Positions 48,908-62,075 of a DNA stretch of 64,000 nucleotides are shown piece after piece; position 1 is the first letter of the stretch; each line of letters begins with the position of its first letter. The DNA is from Pecten maximus (Eukaryota): NCBI RefSeq assembly GCF_902652985.1, contig NC_047020.1:29760001-29824000 (forward strand), written 5' to 3'. The position numbers and the translations under genes are program-made. The notes under the pieces are model-generated. The model saw nothing but the letters and a program-made list of their open reading frames with translations, was not told where the DNA came from and did no database searches.

Positions 48908-49319
48908 TGTAAATCTAGATTATTTATTCATACCATACCTTCGTTTTGTCCATTTTGAGTAAGAAGTACGATTTTGATATTATATCTGTTTTTCCGCTTG
49001 TTTTTACACTTTTATCACCGTGACATAATGCTACTCAGCATATTACTATGTAATTGAATCACAGGTATAAAATATAGAAATAAAACACAGAAACGAAGAG
49101 AATACTGACACAATAACAAAATCGTTATTCTTATAGTAAAAAAGACGGCATGTGCGAGGCGTTCCAAGACAAGTCAGAAGACCTTTATTCGATGAACAAT
49201 GTCGACCCAACAACCTAAGGTATTAAATGAAAACCCTATGTAAAAGTCTTATATATCTTTTAGTAGTTAATATACTCTTCTGAAGTATGTGCCAACTTCT
49301 CTTGCCATATAATTTATTT

Positions 49320-49800
49320 GGCTATTTTTCTCTCTTCGCTGAACCAGCCCGTCTGAATATTGACCTGGTCAATTATAGTCACTTTAGCTATTCTCTCTCC
49401 GCTGGACCAGCTCGTCTGAACGGCGTCCTGGTTAATAATGGTTACTAGCTCATCTGAACGGTGTCCTGGTTAATAATGGTTACTTTAGCTATTCTCTCTG
49501 CGCTGAACCAGCTCGTCTGAACGGTGTCCTGGTTAATAATGGTTACTAGCTCGTCTGAACGGTGTCCTAGTTAATAATGGTTACTAGCTCGTCTGAACGG
49601 TGTCCTGGTTAATAACGGTTACTAGCTCGTCTGAACGGTGTCCTACTTAATAATGGTTACTAGCTCGTCTGAACGGTGTCCTGGTTTATAATGGTTACTA
49701 GCTCATCTGAACGGTGTCCTGGTCAATGATGGTTACTTTAGCTATTCTCTCTGCGCTGAACCAGCTCGTCTGAATGTTGTCGTGGTCAATGGTTCATTTT
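49320..49800. repeat. Composite 38-bp/65-bp minisatellite
   Basis: GCTCGTCTGAACGGTGTCCTGGTTAATAATGGTTACTA, some units extended by TTTAGCTATTCTCTCTGCGCTGAACCA. Confidence 0.92.
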
Positions 49801-50639
49801 GCTATCTTAGTCCTTGTGGTGAAATGACCGAATCACGAGTCTTTGAATTACTAAAATGAACTCCCTCCCTCTCTTAACATTTCCTCTTTCATGCCTTATA
49901 CTTTTTATAGACGGAATGTCTTAGTGATGCAGTGCGTTCACTACCTACATAATATTTATTGATATACTCGTTAGCCAGATTTAATTCTTCCCCTTATATA
50001 TTTTTATGGTCGAAGATCGTAAGATAAATTTTACACACAAAACTTGGACAACAATGCAGTTCCCTTAATTAGGATATCTTTACAACAAACCTTGTAAATA
50101 ATGCAGTATGACCTTGTGCTTAACCTTGCGAGAATGTCTTTAACTATTTTTTAAAATGTCGTCTTTCTATGAAAGGATACCCTTATCCAAAATCTTAACT
50201 CTTTAAATCTTGAATTCAATTTGGAAACAAATTTAAGGAAATTTGTATCTTACGGTGGACCTGAATTCAAATGTCATTTTAGGTATATACAAACTTAAAT
50301 CAAATCCAGCAACAGATTTTAGATTGTAACTCATACTCGTATCATAGAAGTATGCATGTTTTCATTGTATCATAAATATTCTAAATATATATACAGCTGA
50401 CCATTTTGAGTTATGTTCTGTCTTGGACTCCACAAAATCACGTTTTATTCTTAAATATTTAATGTAAAAGTCAAGTCTTTTTGGTGAAGATTTAACCCAT
50501 AAGATTTATATAAAAAAATATTTTAAAAAATGTATGCATTGATTTGACTTCTGAAAATGTTAAAACTGACTGGTCAACTGAATGTCCTGTTTAATGACAA
50601 GATATTTATGACAGTTTCACGAAAGGTGGTTGGTGCGAT

Positions 50640-50729
50640 AATTTTGACCTGTCTATAAAGGCAACCTGTCTATAGTGACCGTTTTCCTGGCCCCCTCCTT
50701 GACGGTCTTTATAGACAGGTTTGACTGTA
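50640..50729. mobile_element. Right end of a Tc1/mariner-type MITE
   Basis: Ends ...TATAGACAGGTTTGACTGTA; internal ACCTGTCTATA repeats; left end not found. Confidence 0.55.
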
Positions 50730-51696
50730 TAGGGAGAAGGCATAGATGAGCTGATGTATCTTGTGCCTAATCCTTTATTATAAGTTTCACTATATCTTTA
50801 AATCAAACCATATAGTAAATATCATAGTAGTTAGAATCATATGATCTGGGTGTTTCTATATATAACTGATTTTGTAGTGATACACATGTTCTTATTCAAA
50901 CTTGTACAAGGGTAAATCATAAATCCAGACAATATTATGATTTTATTTTTATTTAATAAATCTATTCCAATATACAAACACCACGCGACGGTTTTGAAAT
51001 ACATTTCCTATCAAAGCACTAACGCACACTTGATACTTACACAACATATATTTCTTGATTATATATAGTCTACATCACACACACTGTTACGGAGATACAA
51101 AATCCATGGGGCCTCTTATGCCCGTGCTGGTAAATGTATATTCCAGTCGGGCTATTTCTAGGCTACTGACACAAAACAACAGAGAAAATACACCTGTACC
51201 TCGGAACGATCCTCCAATATATCAGATAGTACCACACAAGTGTGTCTACAACTCATCAGCTGAGTGGGTAACATTTCACACAGATTATGTTGATGATGGA
51301 TCCTCACATACAATGAATGCATCATGTGGGTATATACGAACGTGATGATTACGACATCCGCCATATATATGTCGGATACCAAGATAAAGGCGGGAATCAC
51401 GTGCATTTGGGGCAAAATTTGATATGGATTAATCAAAAGTTATAGACCTGATTATAGAGAATATATTACATCTCTGTACTCTGGTACTCTCAAAACCAGG
51501 TTGCTCTACACCTGTACGCTGAATGTTCCAATACTATCAATAAACCACAGGTTTACTTAAAGGTTTATTTGTCTATACTTTAAACTTTGTAATATAACAT
51601 ATTTTTACTTCAAACTTTGTAACAGATTCAAACTTTGTAAAATTTGTCGTCACATCAAAACGTAATATAAAAAAATATGCGACATTAATACGTCGC

Positions 51697-52223
51697 GATA
51701 TGTGACTGTTGGCATGACTTTGATATGGGTACACAGTTACACACCTTGATGTGTGACTGGTGACATAACTATGATATCGGTACACAGTTATACACCTTGA
51801 TGTGTGACTGGTGACATAGCTATGGTATTGGTACACAGTTATACACCTTGATGTGTGACTGGTGACATAACTATGGTATCGGTACACAGTTATACACCTT
51901 GATGTGTGACTGGTGACATAGCTATGATATCGGTACACAGTTATACACCTTGATGTGTGACTGGTGACATAACTATGGTATCGGTACACAGTTATACACC
52001 TTGATGTGTGACTGGTGACATAGCTATGATATCGGTACAGAGTTATACACCTTGATGTGTGATTGGTGACATAACTATGATATCGGTACAGAGTTATACA
52101 CCTTGATGTGTGACTTGTGACATATCTATGATATCGGTACACAGTTATACACCTTGATGTGTGACTGGTGACATAGCTATGATATCGGTACACAGTTATA
52201 CACCTTGATGTCGGTATACAGTT
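51697..52223. repeat. 51-bp minisatellite, ~10 copies
   Basis: Unit GATATCGGTACACAGTTATACACCTTGATGTGTGACTGGTGACATA(A/G)CTAT. Confidence 0.95.
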
Positions 52224-54863
52224 ACTCGAGGAAATATTTCACTATGCCGATAATACGCTCTGACGTGTGACTAGTGATGTAATGAACAAGACATAATTCA
52301 AGGTGACGTCATTATATATTCCTATCGATTAAGGGCATTTCTTATACCGAAAGTTAATTATTAAAGTGTATAGTTAATTGTCTTTATCGGTTACATAATA
52401 CAAAGTAGTATGCTCACATTGTCATAATGGACACAAGACACTCTCAAACGTACCCAAGTAACAGAGAATGTGTGACGCTTGGTCAGTCCTGGCTGAGCAT
52501 CATCCAGAAACACAGACGGAGACTGATTTAATCATCAAGGAATCACAAGGATGTGTTTATATATCCATCTTAACAATATTGGTAGGCTTAATTGCAGAAC
52601 AAATTGAGTTATAAGTGTTTTTACAGTGCTCTTATAGACATGACTGAATGATATACGACATAACATTGAAAGTATAAGTACACAATCAAACAATGACATC
52701 ATAGTGGAACAATTTACAAGTCAAATAATAATATTGCCGTTCGAATACAATATTCATATCCCTGTACAACAGAGATGAATTAGTTAGCTCCATGTCGTAT
52801 CCTCATAAATGGCATCCTCGAAATTTGAGGGGTTGGCTTCACGGACGATCTTTGCAATCCATGGTGAGATAACTAATCGAGATCATAATCCTAGTACTTC
52901 TAACACACATACATGCTATAATGTATGTTGAAAATGGTGCTACCAATGGAGTTGAGGTAGTTTACTTTATCCATTGTGGCCAGTAAATGTTCCGGATACC
53001 AAGTCATGTAAAAATAATGTTAATGAAGCGCTATTCATATCATTACCACGAATGACATTGAACTAGTGTTTATATACAAATGCAAAATTGTAACTTCCCC
53101 AAATAACTATCACTTTATCATCTACTTTACTATCAATCTCTTTTACAGCTGGGCAGCAATCTACTGATGCCTTCAGAAGTCAATGGAAATCACCAACAGC
53201 TTACATCACAACAATTTTACAGAGAGGGAACGTTAGGAACAACATTTTGACAACCTTTCAGTTTGGGAAGGAAAAGGTGAGGAGAGGAGACCATGGTGAC
53301 AATCATTTAGATTAAAAGATTAAGAATGATATATTGATTTTTTTGACACCATAGTGAAAATCCCTTATAGGGAGGGGGCAACATGGTGACAGTCCCTTAC
53401 ATTGAGAATGATATATTGAACGTCTACTTTTTTAAGAAGGCGATGGCTTTTTATCAATCCGTTTTTTGTTTGTTTTATAATTGTATATCAAAAATCTTTG
53501 ATGGATCACCATACCTCACTACTGTAGGTCAAGAAATTCCCCCCATATGGATATATCCTTGTGTCCATTAGGATGCCAAATGACAGACTGTGTTGTTAAT
53601 ATTAAGCCAAGGGTCCCTGGTACTAAGAAATACCCGTACAGGTCAATATTACAAAATAAAAAAAAAAAAAAATAAAAAATAATACAATGAAGAGGTGGGG
53701 TATTGGGTCTGACAAAGTAAGTTTTTTTCACTCGCTTTTTATTTGTTCGAGTTGAGAAATATGTAGTAAATCCTCTTTCATGGTCAATCATGACCATGAA
53801 AGGGATGTTTTTGTGCAGTGGACTGTGGTAACAAATGCTGCAGAAGGGAAATATGATCAACAATTAGTCAATAAAGCGGAAAGGATAAAGCCTGTGGCTC
53901 ACAGATTTAAAATTAAATAAAAAAAAAAAAAAACAAACAAACGAAAACTAAACTTAGAAATGATAACAAATAATTACCAGGTTAAGTACTGATGAAGTCG
54001 ATACAGATGAAGGGGTTAACTTCAATGACACATTTAAACACAAGAAAAAACAACAAAATAAAAATTGAAATGATGATTAATTTAAAAAAAACACATTTTA
54101 GTGGACAGCATACCTTACAAATGTATACACATTTCCCCTATTTAATAGCGATGATAGACGTCCTGAGTGACGTCATTTTTATTCACATTTGGATAGTAGA
54201 CAGCATGACTACTTTAAACGCATAATCTGTTGATGTACGGAGTCATACGAGCTGTAGGGACTGGAAAGGCATTATGTCACGATAGATGCTGAAGGAAACC
54301 ATTTGAGACAAAAGTCTAGAGGATGGAAGTAATATCAAAATGGCGGCGCTAAGCCGTTTTCAAAACAGTTTAAAAATATAATCTGAAATGGTCATACCGT
54401 TCAATATTATCATATTAGAAATACGGATTCCAGTTCATATTTTGTTTATAGAACAAGAGCGTCATATTTAGGTGTTTTTTTCACTTGTTATTATAGTGAC
54501 ATAACAGCAACGTTCATATTATAAAATAATGTCTAGTCTTCATAATAATCATTTCCAATACATCCCCTTAACTAACAACAACATATGTCCGTTGGCTTTC
54601 CTTACATGATAATCCCACGATATTTAACCGTAGATAAAGAGTGATTTCCAGATAACGCATAGGTGATTACGGAGTAGAAGAAACGCTATCGTCGTGAACA
54701 GTTGCTTTTGACTAGATTTCGACATAGATTAAACCGATTTTTAATTGATCATTATTCGATGTTTGCATGAAATGTATTTTCTTCAATGCCGATGTCTAGC
54801 GAACTATTGCTCGTGCCCTTGTTCATTGGTAAGCACATACTCATATAGCACTAGCGAACAATC

Positions 54864-55525
54864 TTATAACTTAGCTACGGGCGTGGTCCCGTCTAACAGA
54901 GTCTTATCAGTGATCTCGCTCATAGGTTGTTCTTCCAGACAACCGTTTGTGTAGTCCTTCTGTCGCTCCTGGTTCACCCGGTACTGCTTCACTATACGAG
55001 TTATCTCCTCTGCCGGCGGCGCAATAATGACGACAAGAGCCATGATGACAGCCCAGGCCTGCGTAAACCCAACCCACACCACAAACTGAGCCTCGTCCAT
55101 CATCGGGAAACTTGCCATGATGCCAGGTATAATAAACGCGACGATAGCGATGCTGCACGTCCCTCCTATATACGCTGTCATCTTGGCCTTGCGAAAAGTA
55201 GACGACATTTGTTCGAACGTGGGCTTGGTGTCGTAGTGGAGCCCTTTGAGCTCCTCTCGGTAGTTGAGTTCCCACGGATTCAGAGGGTTGTCGATGTCAT
55301 ATAACTTCTGCCACTCCACATCCTCGTCGGAACTGGATTTAATTTGATTGGTGAATATAGACACGACTATGCAGCAAATCAAACTAGCTCCAAAGCTACA
55401 ACAGGTGCCAGCTAAAATGGTATAGTCTTGTACGGTGTTGAGAAGGAAGTTGTTGAGTCCGCCCTCGTACATAGACGCGACCGCCAGCGTGGCCGTCACA
55501 CCCAGGACGAGACCAGCCAGTCCTC
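54864..55525 (-). CDS. DUR3-like terminal exon
   Basis: CAG acceptor; WQKLYDIDNPLNPW; TAA at 54864-54866. Confidence 0.92.
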
Positions 55526-57764
55526 CTGTAATGACACAAACATATTCAATTTTAATTCACAAACTATCTTTCATCTTAGATCACTGTCATTAAGTCTTAG
55601 TTTACTAGGTGACTGTGCAACATAAATGTTGCTGTGATTGTCTTTTTGTAACTGTTAAGGATTCCACACGTTTTCTAAGTTGCTCTAAGTACATGACGTA
55701 GCAGTAATGTTTGCTTGTGTTTTGCTTAGTCGCCTTCAGTAATGCGAAGTCCAAAAAAGAACGAAATATTTACAGAGGTCTTTGAAAACAATCTCGTTTA
55801 AGTTCAAGACAGTTGGAAAGGGAAATCGTAACGCTTATACGGATTCATTTTAACGAAGGTGTTCCTGATGTGCTTACTTGTGAAAACGCTACAAATCGAA
55901 TTTGTCTTTCGGATTGTGGTCGTCTATGTTCTAGGTTATGTACAGTGTGTTTTTTAATTTTTTTTTTAGATCAGTTATTTTTCGCTTGAAAAGTATGTAT
56001 CTATTTTGGTACAATCAAAATTTAGCGTATGACAGAATAGCGCCATGATATGAACTTGCCACGATGTTTGCCATAGAAAATAAAGGAAAGGAACTACAAT
56101 TAGGACAGTATTAACTTAGAGGAATGCTTCAAGCGCTAAAAACCCCTCAAATAAGATTACCGCTTAAATATTTACGTTTACACTGTCTTGTGTATCGCAT
56201 CTACATAAAACGATATTTGCCGTTAAAACACGACGTGGAAGTTTAACACAATTTTCTTCGTATACAGCAAGAATCATGTGTATGTAAGTTTAAAAGATTG
56301 CGGATTTTGCGTTGCAGTGTTAAAATTACGAGCTAAAGGTTAGGATGCAACTGATGAATTTCATGTATCTCTACTGAACGCGATAGTAATAGGTGTTTTA
56401 ACATAAACAAAAAATAAACAAACGTTTAATTGGGATACAAATATAAACATTAAAAACAGGAAATGCACTGACAGTTGGAGTACTTTTAATAGTGACACAT
56501 TTGCGTCTGTTAAACGAACACTTCTGTTTTCAATTGAAACATTTTTAATCAACCAACATACCATCTATCACCACTGAAAGAGAAAATTTGTCCTGCCTTG
56601 GTAGATAAATGTCTGCGTTCATTTAGTGCTAGCCTCAATCCCCTTACGACAGACACCTTCTGTGTGCCTTTTCATAGCAGAAGGTTTTTTTTTGTGCCGT
56701 CTGAATACAGCGCTGAATTGTCTACAATCTAACATTAATCCGAAATCTTTTTATTTTGTTCTTTATTTAATTCCCAACTGTCAATAATTGTGCTTTTATA
56801 TTTCAAAAAGCAGCAAGCACTTATACTCTAAACAGACGTGACGTCACAGCGAGGCTGTTGAGGCAGATAAGAGTTTTATGAGGCCAGAGTCTGGTGATTT
56901 ATCGCTCATTGATTGGTTTACAAAATACATTAATCACTTCCACAAAGACACCAATTAATTGATACGTATAAAGGCCAACTGGGAAAAAGAAAATCCACCT
57001 TCAGTTTATAGGTTGTTAAGGGTCGTGACCTATGTGGTCTGTACTTTCTATTACCAGGCCAATAAACGGTTGGTATAGAAGGCGCCATTAGCAATGGGGG
57101 TTAAAGCGAGGCGCTAAGTAGCACACGAATGTATGAAGTTGATGGCTTTCGGACAGGTGGAATGATTGGCACTATTCCAAAAGAAGAATTTGTTTATTTT
57201 TCCTTTTCGAAATGGCTAACACGTGGGAATAACTCACTGCCAACATAAACATCAGCGCCATTCTACAGCAGGTCTCGTGTTGGATATATTATATGTTTAT
57301 ATGCTAGATTTTACCTGTCACTGATTGAACTCTAGTAACAATAAACTGACAAGGTTCCTACCGACGATATACAGAAACTAAACCTAGTATGTAATGGAAC
57401 ACAAACGAGCATTAAACATTGTGTGTCAAACAATGTAAAATAACGCGGGGTTTGGGAATCGAAATGGATACAAAATGAAAAATAATACACGGGAAATGAG
57501 CGGAGATCAACACAAGCGGTTAATGCTTTAATACCCAAACGTTCCTTTGCAAATTATACGGTCTAACCATTGTGAAATCAAGCACGTCCTGTGGCAACGA
57601 GGGGGAGATGTAGATTCCCGAGGAAACTAGAGCTATATGATTACACGATCAATTAGAAGCGTTAAAAAGCTTTGATTTGCTGGATTGTACGGTTGAAATT
57701 TGATATGTATGCTTGTAGGTCCAGTGTAATATAAATCCACGAAATCAAGCACCCACGAAACATG

Positions 57765-58059
57765 CCCTGATATCGATATGACCCAGATATCGATATGGCC
57801 CTGATATCGATATAACCCAAGTATCGATATGACCCTGACATCAATATGACCTTAGTATTGATATGATCCTGGTATCGATATTACCCTGATATCGGTATGA
57901 CCCTGGTATCGATATTACCCTGGTATCGATATGACCCTGATATCGATCTGACCATGATATCGATATGACCCTGACATCGATATGACCTTAGTATCGATAT
58001 GACCCTAGTACTGATATGACCCTAGTATCGATATGACCCTATTATCGATATGACCCTGA
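57765..58059. repeat. 17-bp minisatellite, ~17 copies, palindromic core TATCGATA
   Basis: Unit CCCTG(A/G)TATCGATATGA. Confidence 0.93.
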
Positions 58060-58169
58060 TTCAAGTATTTGCTGTTTTATTCATATATATATATATATCA
58101 TTGTTTATATCTTGTTTGCATTTGATATACAGTATACAATATAATATAATTATAATTCGTAATCCCTAC

Positions 58170-58594
58170 CTGAAACCAGTCCTTTGGAAGTCGCTTTAAC
58201 CCATAGGATAGACAGCATGACGGGCGGGAAACATGGGATAGTGAGGATGGCGCCCGAGTAGAATATCCAGTTGAGATCTATACCGGTTTCAAATATGATA
58301 AGTCCAAGAGGTATGATTGAAATAGTCACCCAAATAATACACCAGTTCTTAAACTCTATTAGGTAGTCCTGATACTGGCGGTACCGACCATGGATCGGGC
58401 ACTGATAAGGGGGTTGTATACCCGACGTTGACTTCCGGTTCACTCTGCGCAGGTCCTCGACGCAATGGTGACATCGACTTACGCTGCGACACTGACAAAG
58501 CTGGTCCCGCTCAGAGTCGTTAGCGTATGTGGCTGTTATCGTCTGCTTCTTGGTTCGACCACACAGCACGCAATGCGTCCTCTTCAGTCCTTTA
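58170..58594 (-). CDS. DUR3-like exon with Cys/His-rich loop and TM segments
   Basis: Within ORF 58150-58659; phases fit neighbours. Confidence 0.9.
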
Positions 58595-58862
58595 CTGGAA
58601 CAAAATAACATTACAATTATAAGAAATTCTCCCATGTTTAAAAACAGTAGAATATCCAAGTGAAAACAATATGATGAAAGTTAGGCTAATTTCTAATATG
58701 ATTACGTAAGCCAGTATAGCAATTAGCCTGGTATGATAATTAAGAAAAAGAGGTAAGTTGTATAAGTATTAATTAATTAAAGTAAAAAGTCATTTATTCG
58801 TTTGAAGGAGGAACCTAATATTTGCATAAAGAAAGCTTTGTTGATAATGTTGTTTTTTTTAC

Positions 58863-59028
58863 CGGAATGGCCTAAGGTAGGTCTGGTATATGTCGTATAC
58901 GACGATTGAGGAGATAGCCATCACCTCCCCGGATCCAGTAGACATCAGAGCCATGGCGCCCATCGTTAGGATCAGAATCCCGCCAGCAGATCCAAGGATC
59001 TTTTCAGCGATCAACGGCGTCACCAAAC
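58863..59028 (-). CDS. DUR3-like exon (GLVTPL...YDIYQTYLRPF)
   Basis: MSTGSGE...YDIY motif; canonical sites. Confidence 0.93.
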
Positions 59029-59257
59029 CTGTTCAGAGAATATTTCGTAAATAAGCACCCCCTGATATTTCGGCATCACCAATTATAAAAGATGGTGGTT
59101 TCATTTGGAAGTCTTGTCATTGAAATGGATCTTACGAGTTATATTTGAGCAAGCTTCCAGCTGTTGAGGCTGTGAGTTTAACAATTGTTAATTAGACATG
59201 TGCACAGGGTTTACATAGATTGTTCTTACTATTGTTGCGATTGATTGTGTGATTTAC

Positions 59258-59891
59258 CTTGATCGAGTTGACCGGCGTTGAGAAGATGTGTGCCGTTTTC
59301 AGCACTGAGAGCAATATAGGCCATGCCTGTGGTGGTTGCCATGGTTGAGGGGATGGAGAACCACATAAAGCCGGCTAGAAGGAAACCCCACACACCTTGT
59401 ACTGGTTTGGCGGCGATTCTGCTCTGCCAAGACGCTTGATCGCAGTATGTCACAGCAGACGATACAAACACTTCAATGACGCCGTACAGTAGCGCTACTC
59501 CAGACCGAAAAGTAAGGAAACTATACTCAGCATTCTCTTTCGGTCCTTTTACACAAGATATAACTTTATACATTTTAGTGACGTCACCGATATTCTCAAA
59601 TTCACTCTCACTGTGAAGAATTTTAACAACAAACACGATTAAAAGTGTGAACACTAGACATGCGTTGAAATAGGAAACGTAGAATGTGGTTCCTATCCCA
59701 CCAATCAAAGAGTAGGATCCAAACAGGGTTGCCATGACAAGCAAGCAGAATTCATCTGACGCGTACTTGGTCAGTGATTGGATAGTAGCTCTTCCAGCCA
59801 ATAAAAGGCCAATCATGATGACCAGGTTTGTTAGGAGGGCAAAACAGCAGAAGACGATGTGGGCAGTTTTTCCAAATCTAGCATGGATGAC
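59258..59891 (-). CDS. DUR3-like exon (VIHARFGKTAH...LDQ)
   Basis: Within ORF 59229-59951; canonical sites. Confidence 0.93.
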
Positions 59892-61680
59892 CTGTAATTT
59901 ATAAAAGATAATCTGGGATTTAAATTTTGTAATAGCTTTCGGATTTGTCATGATTATTCTGCTACTCTGTTAAAATAAATTTTAAAAATAAAATTCACAT
60001 TACCTTTTCAACACGATTTGTTCTGAAAATCATGCTAACAATTTAAAGTGAGAAATAACCATAATAAATATACAAAGCAAAGGAGCGTCCATATCAATAC
60101 TACAAATGGACATTGCGACTTTGCTAGGCAAGGAAAAGGATAGTACGGTTCCATCTTCGTGTGTAAAAGTGTAACGTTTCCGAGTCACTTGTGTCAAATT
60201 ACACCCAAACATTATACGTAATGGTATTTGTTTGTGATTGTCATTGGCTACTTTCATGGGGACTCGAAAGATTTATGATATTCATAAAAGTACGATAAAC
60301 GGTTTCATTAGGTCATTGGCCTACACAAGGTCACATGATCTAGAATGTAAATCTCTACATAGCTCCACATAATCGGAATAACTGTCGCTCGCCTGGTTTC
60401 ATTTTGTAAGTAGTTAATAAGAGGTAGATGCGTATATAGAATATGTTTCAAATGGATTTCAAATGAAACATTTTTTCGTTCAGAAATAGGGACATGTGCA
60501 CAATGCGTGTATGATAATCGATAGAAAAGTGTGGTATGATTAAAAAAAATGTTTCGGAAATAAAATGGGAAATGCAGTTCAATCACAGGATTGAGCGGAA
60601 GTGAACAGCACAGATAGTTCAGGTAAGATTTAAGTCAGTCACGTGTCTGCCTCACAACAAGCATTGAGTCTTTAGATTGAAGAGAAACATCTGTTTGATG
60701 TTACCTATCATAAGCGCTTAGCTTTTAATCAATCAGATTTAGGTTTTTGCAGTACGGCTTCTATAGCGAGCCCAAACTGTCGTGCAAAGTACGAGTAAAC
60801 CAAAGTCTCTTTAATAGCACAATACTTAACAATCAATCGGCTTCGAAGCAATGCTTGAGCACTTTATATTAATCAAACGTGTTGCTGATCTTGCTCGTTT
60901 GTAAAACGATCAGGTAGAAGATAAAACAAAACGTTTCACAGTACGGAAGTAAGGCATGTTTGTGTGCCAATAACACTCCATCAACAAAATTCAATGGCTG
61001 TGTTAAAATGTCACTTTTGGTTCAAATAACACATGTAAATGACCTAAACTAAAACGAAGTGTTGTTTAAGATGCTTAAAACGACCTTTCCAACTATGTAA
61101 TTCAGCAGAAACCATTTCAGCGTCATTTTAAAGTTAAAGAATGAAGACCAACATAATGAATGCTCCTTTGGTGATACACTATGTAGAACAATATACCTTG
61201 ATGACCTTCGTCTGTGTAGTTCTGATATACCTTATTGCAGGTCAACAGTCATAGAGCCTGAATTCAGGAGTACATATATACTGGAAATCCTGTCTACAAG
61301 ATTTTCAGAAAATTGCAGGAAGTTGTAAAGGACCGTAATAAATGTATTTGTGATACATTACAAGGTACATCATAAATTAAAGCTGTGATATATACTTCAA
61401 GTTATCTTATCGAGCGATTCGACCGTAGACTATGTAATACAAACACCTTATTTCGCACCATAACAACATAACATGTACATTGTTTTGAGGACTGAGTATC
61501 GACATTTGTTTTTTATACTATAAGAGTAACGTTGTCACGATGCCCTTCCTGGCATAGTGTTTACTATTGCTGTTCTTTCGAAATGTTCAGGAAGCAGACT
61601 GACTATTATACGAGATAAACTTTTATTGGCAGCTTAAGCAAAATCATAGCGGTTTTTTTTATGAGACTGAATTGCTTTAC

Positions 61681-61797
61681 CTGTAGATAGGTCTTGGCTC
61701 CCGGTGCCCGGGTTTTAAACTGTACTGAGAAGATGGGGAAGATGAAGATGTTGATCATGATTCCAACAGCATACCAGAAAGGTCCGGCGATTCCATT
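61681..61797 (-). CDS. DUR3-like exon (NGIAGPFWYAVG...APGAKTYLQ)
   Basis: CAG acceptor, GTAAAG donor, 117 nt, phase 0-0. Confidence 0.92.
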
Positions 61798-61837
61798 CTG
61801 TTAGATATACAAAGCAAAATATATTAGTGTTTCCAAA

Positions 61838-62075
61838 TAACAAGTACAATGTTTAACATGTACAATGTATGACAAGTACAATGTTTGACAAGTACAATGT
61901 TTAACATGAACAATGTATAATGTTTGACAAGTACAATGTATGACATGTACAATGTATGACAAGTACAATGTTTAACATGAGCAATGTATAATGTTTGACA
62001 AGTACAATGTTTGACAAGTACAATGTTTGATATGTACAATATATAAGATGTACAATGTATAACATGTTCAACATA
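61838..62075. repeat. Degenerate 16-bp repeat next to a DUR3-like exon acceptor
   Basis: ACAAGTACAATGT(T/A)TG units. Confidence 0.85.

Larger units (their letters stand above)
54864..61797 (-). other. DUR3-like urea-proton/sodium:solute symporter gene (last five coding exons; 5' exons probably beyond the window)
   Basis: Exons chain in phase (2004 nt to TAA). SSS/DUR3 motifs: GPFWYA, RAPGAKTYLQVIHARFGK, YSLIGG, DQASWQSRIAAKP, GFMWFSIP, MSTGSGEVMAISSIVVYDIY; many hydrophobic segments. Confidence 0.92.

Noticed and set aside
51573-52193. 206-aa repetitive ORF (YRYHSYVTSHTSRCITV)n
   Set aside because: Translation of the 51-bp minisatellite, downstream of the DUR3-like stop; no independent coding evidence.
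54907-55304. Overlapping alternate-frame and antisense ORFs in the DUR3-like last exon
   Set aside because: Shadow ORFs expected from GC-rich codon usage.
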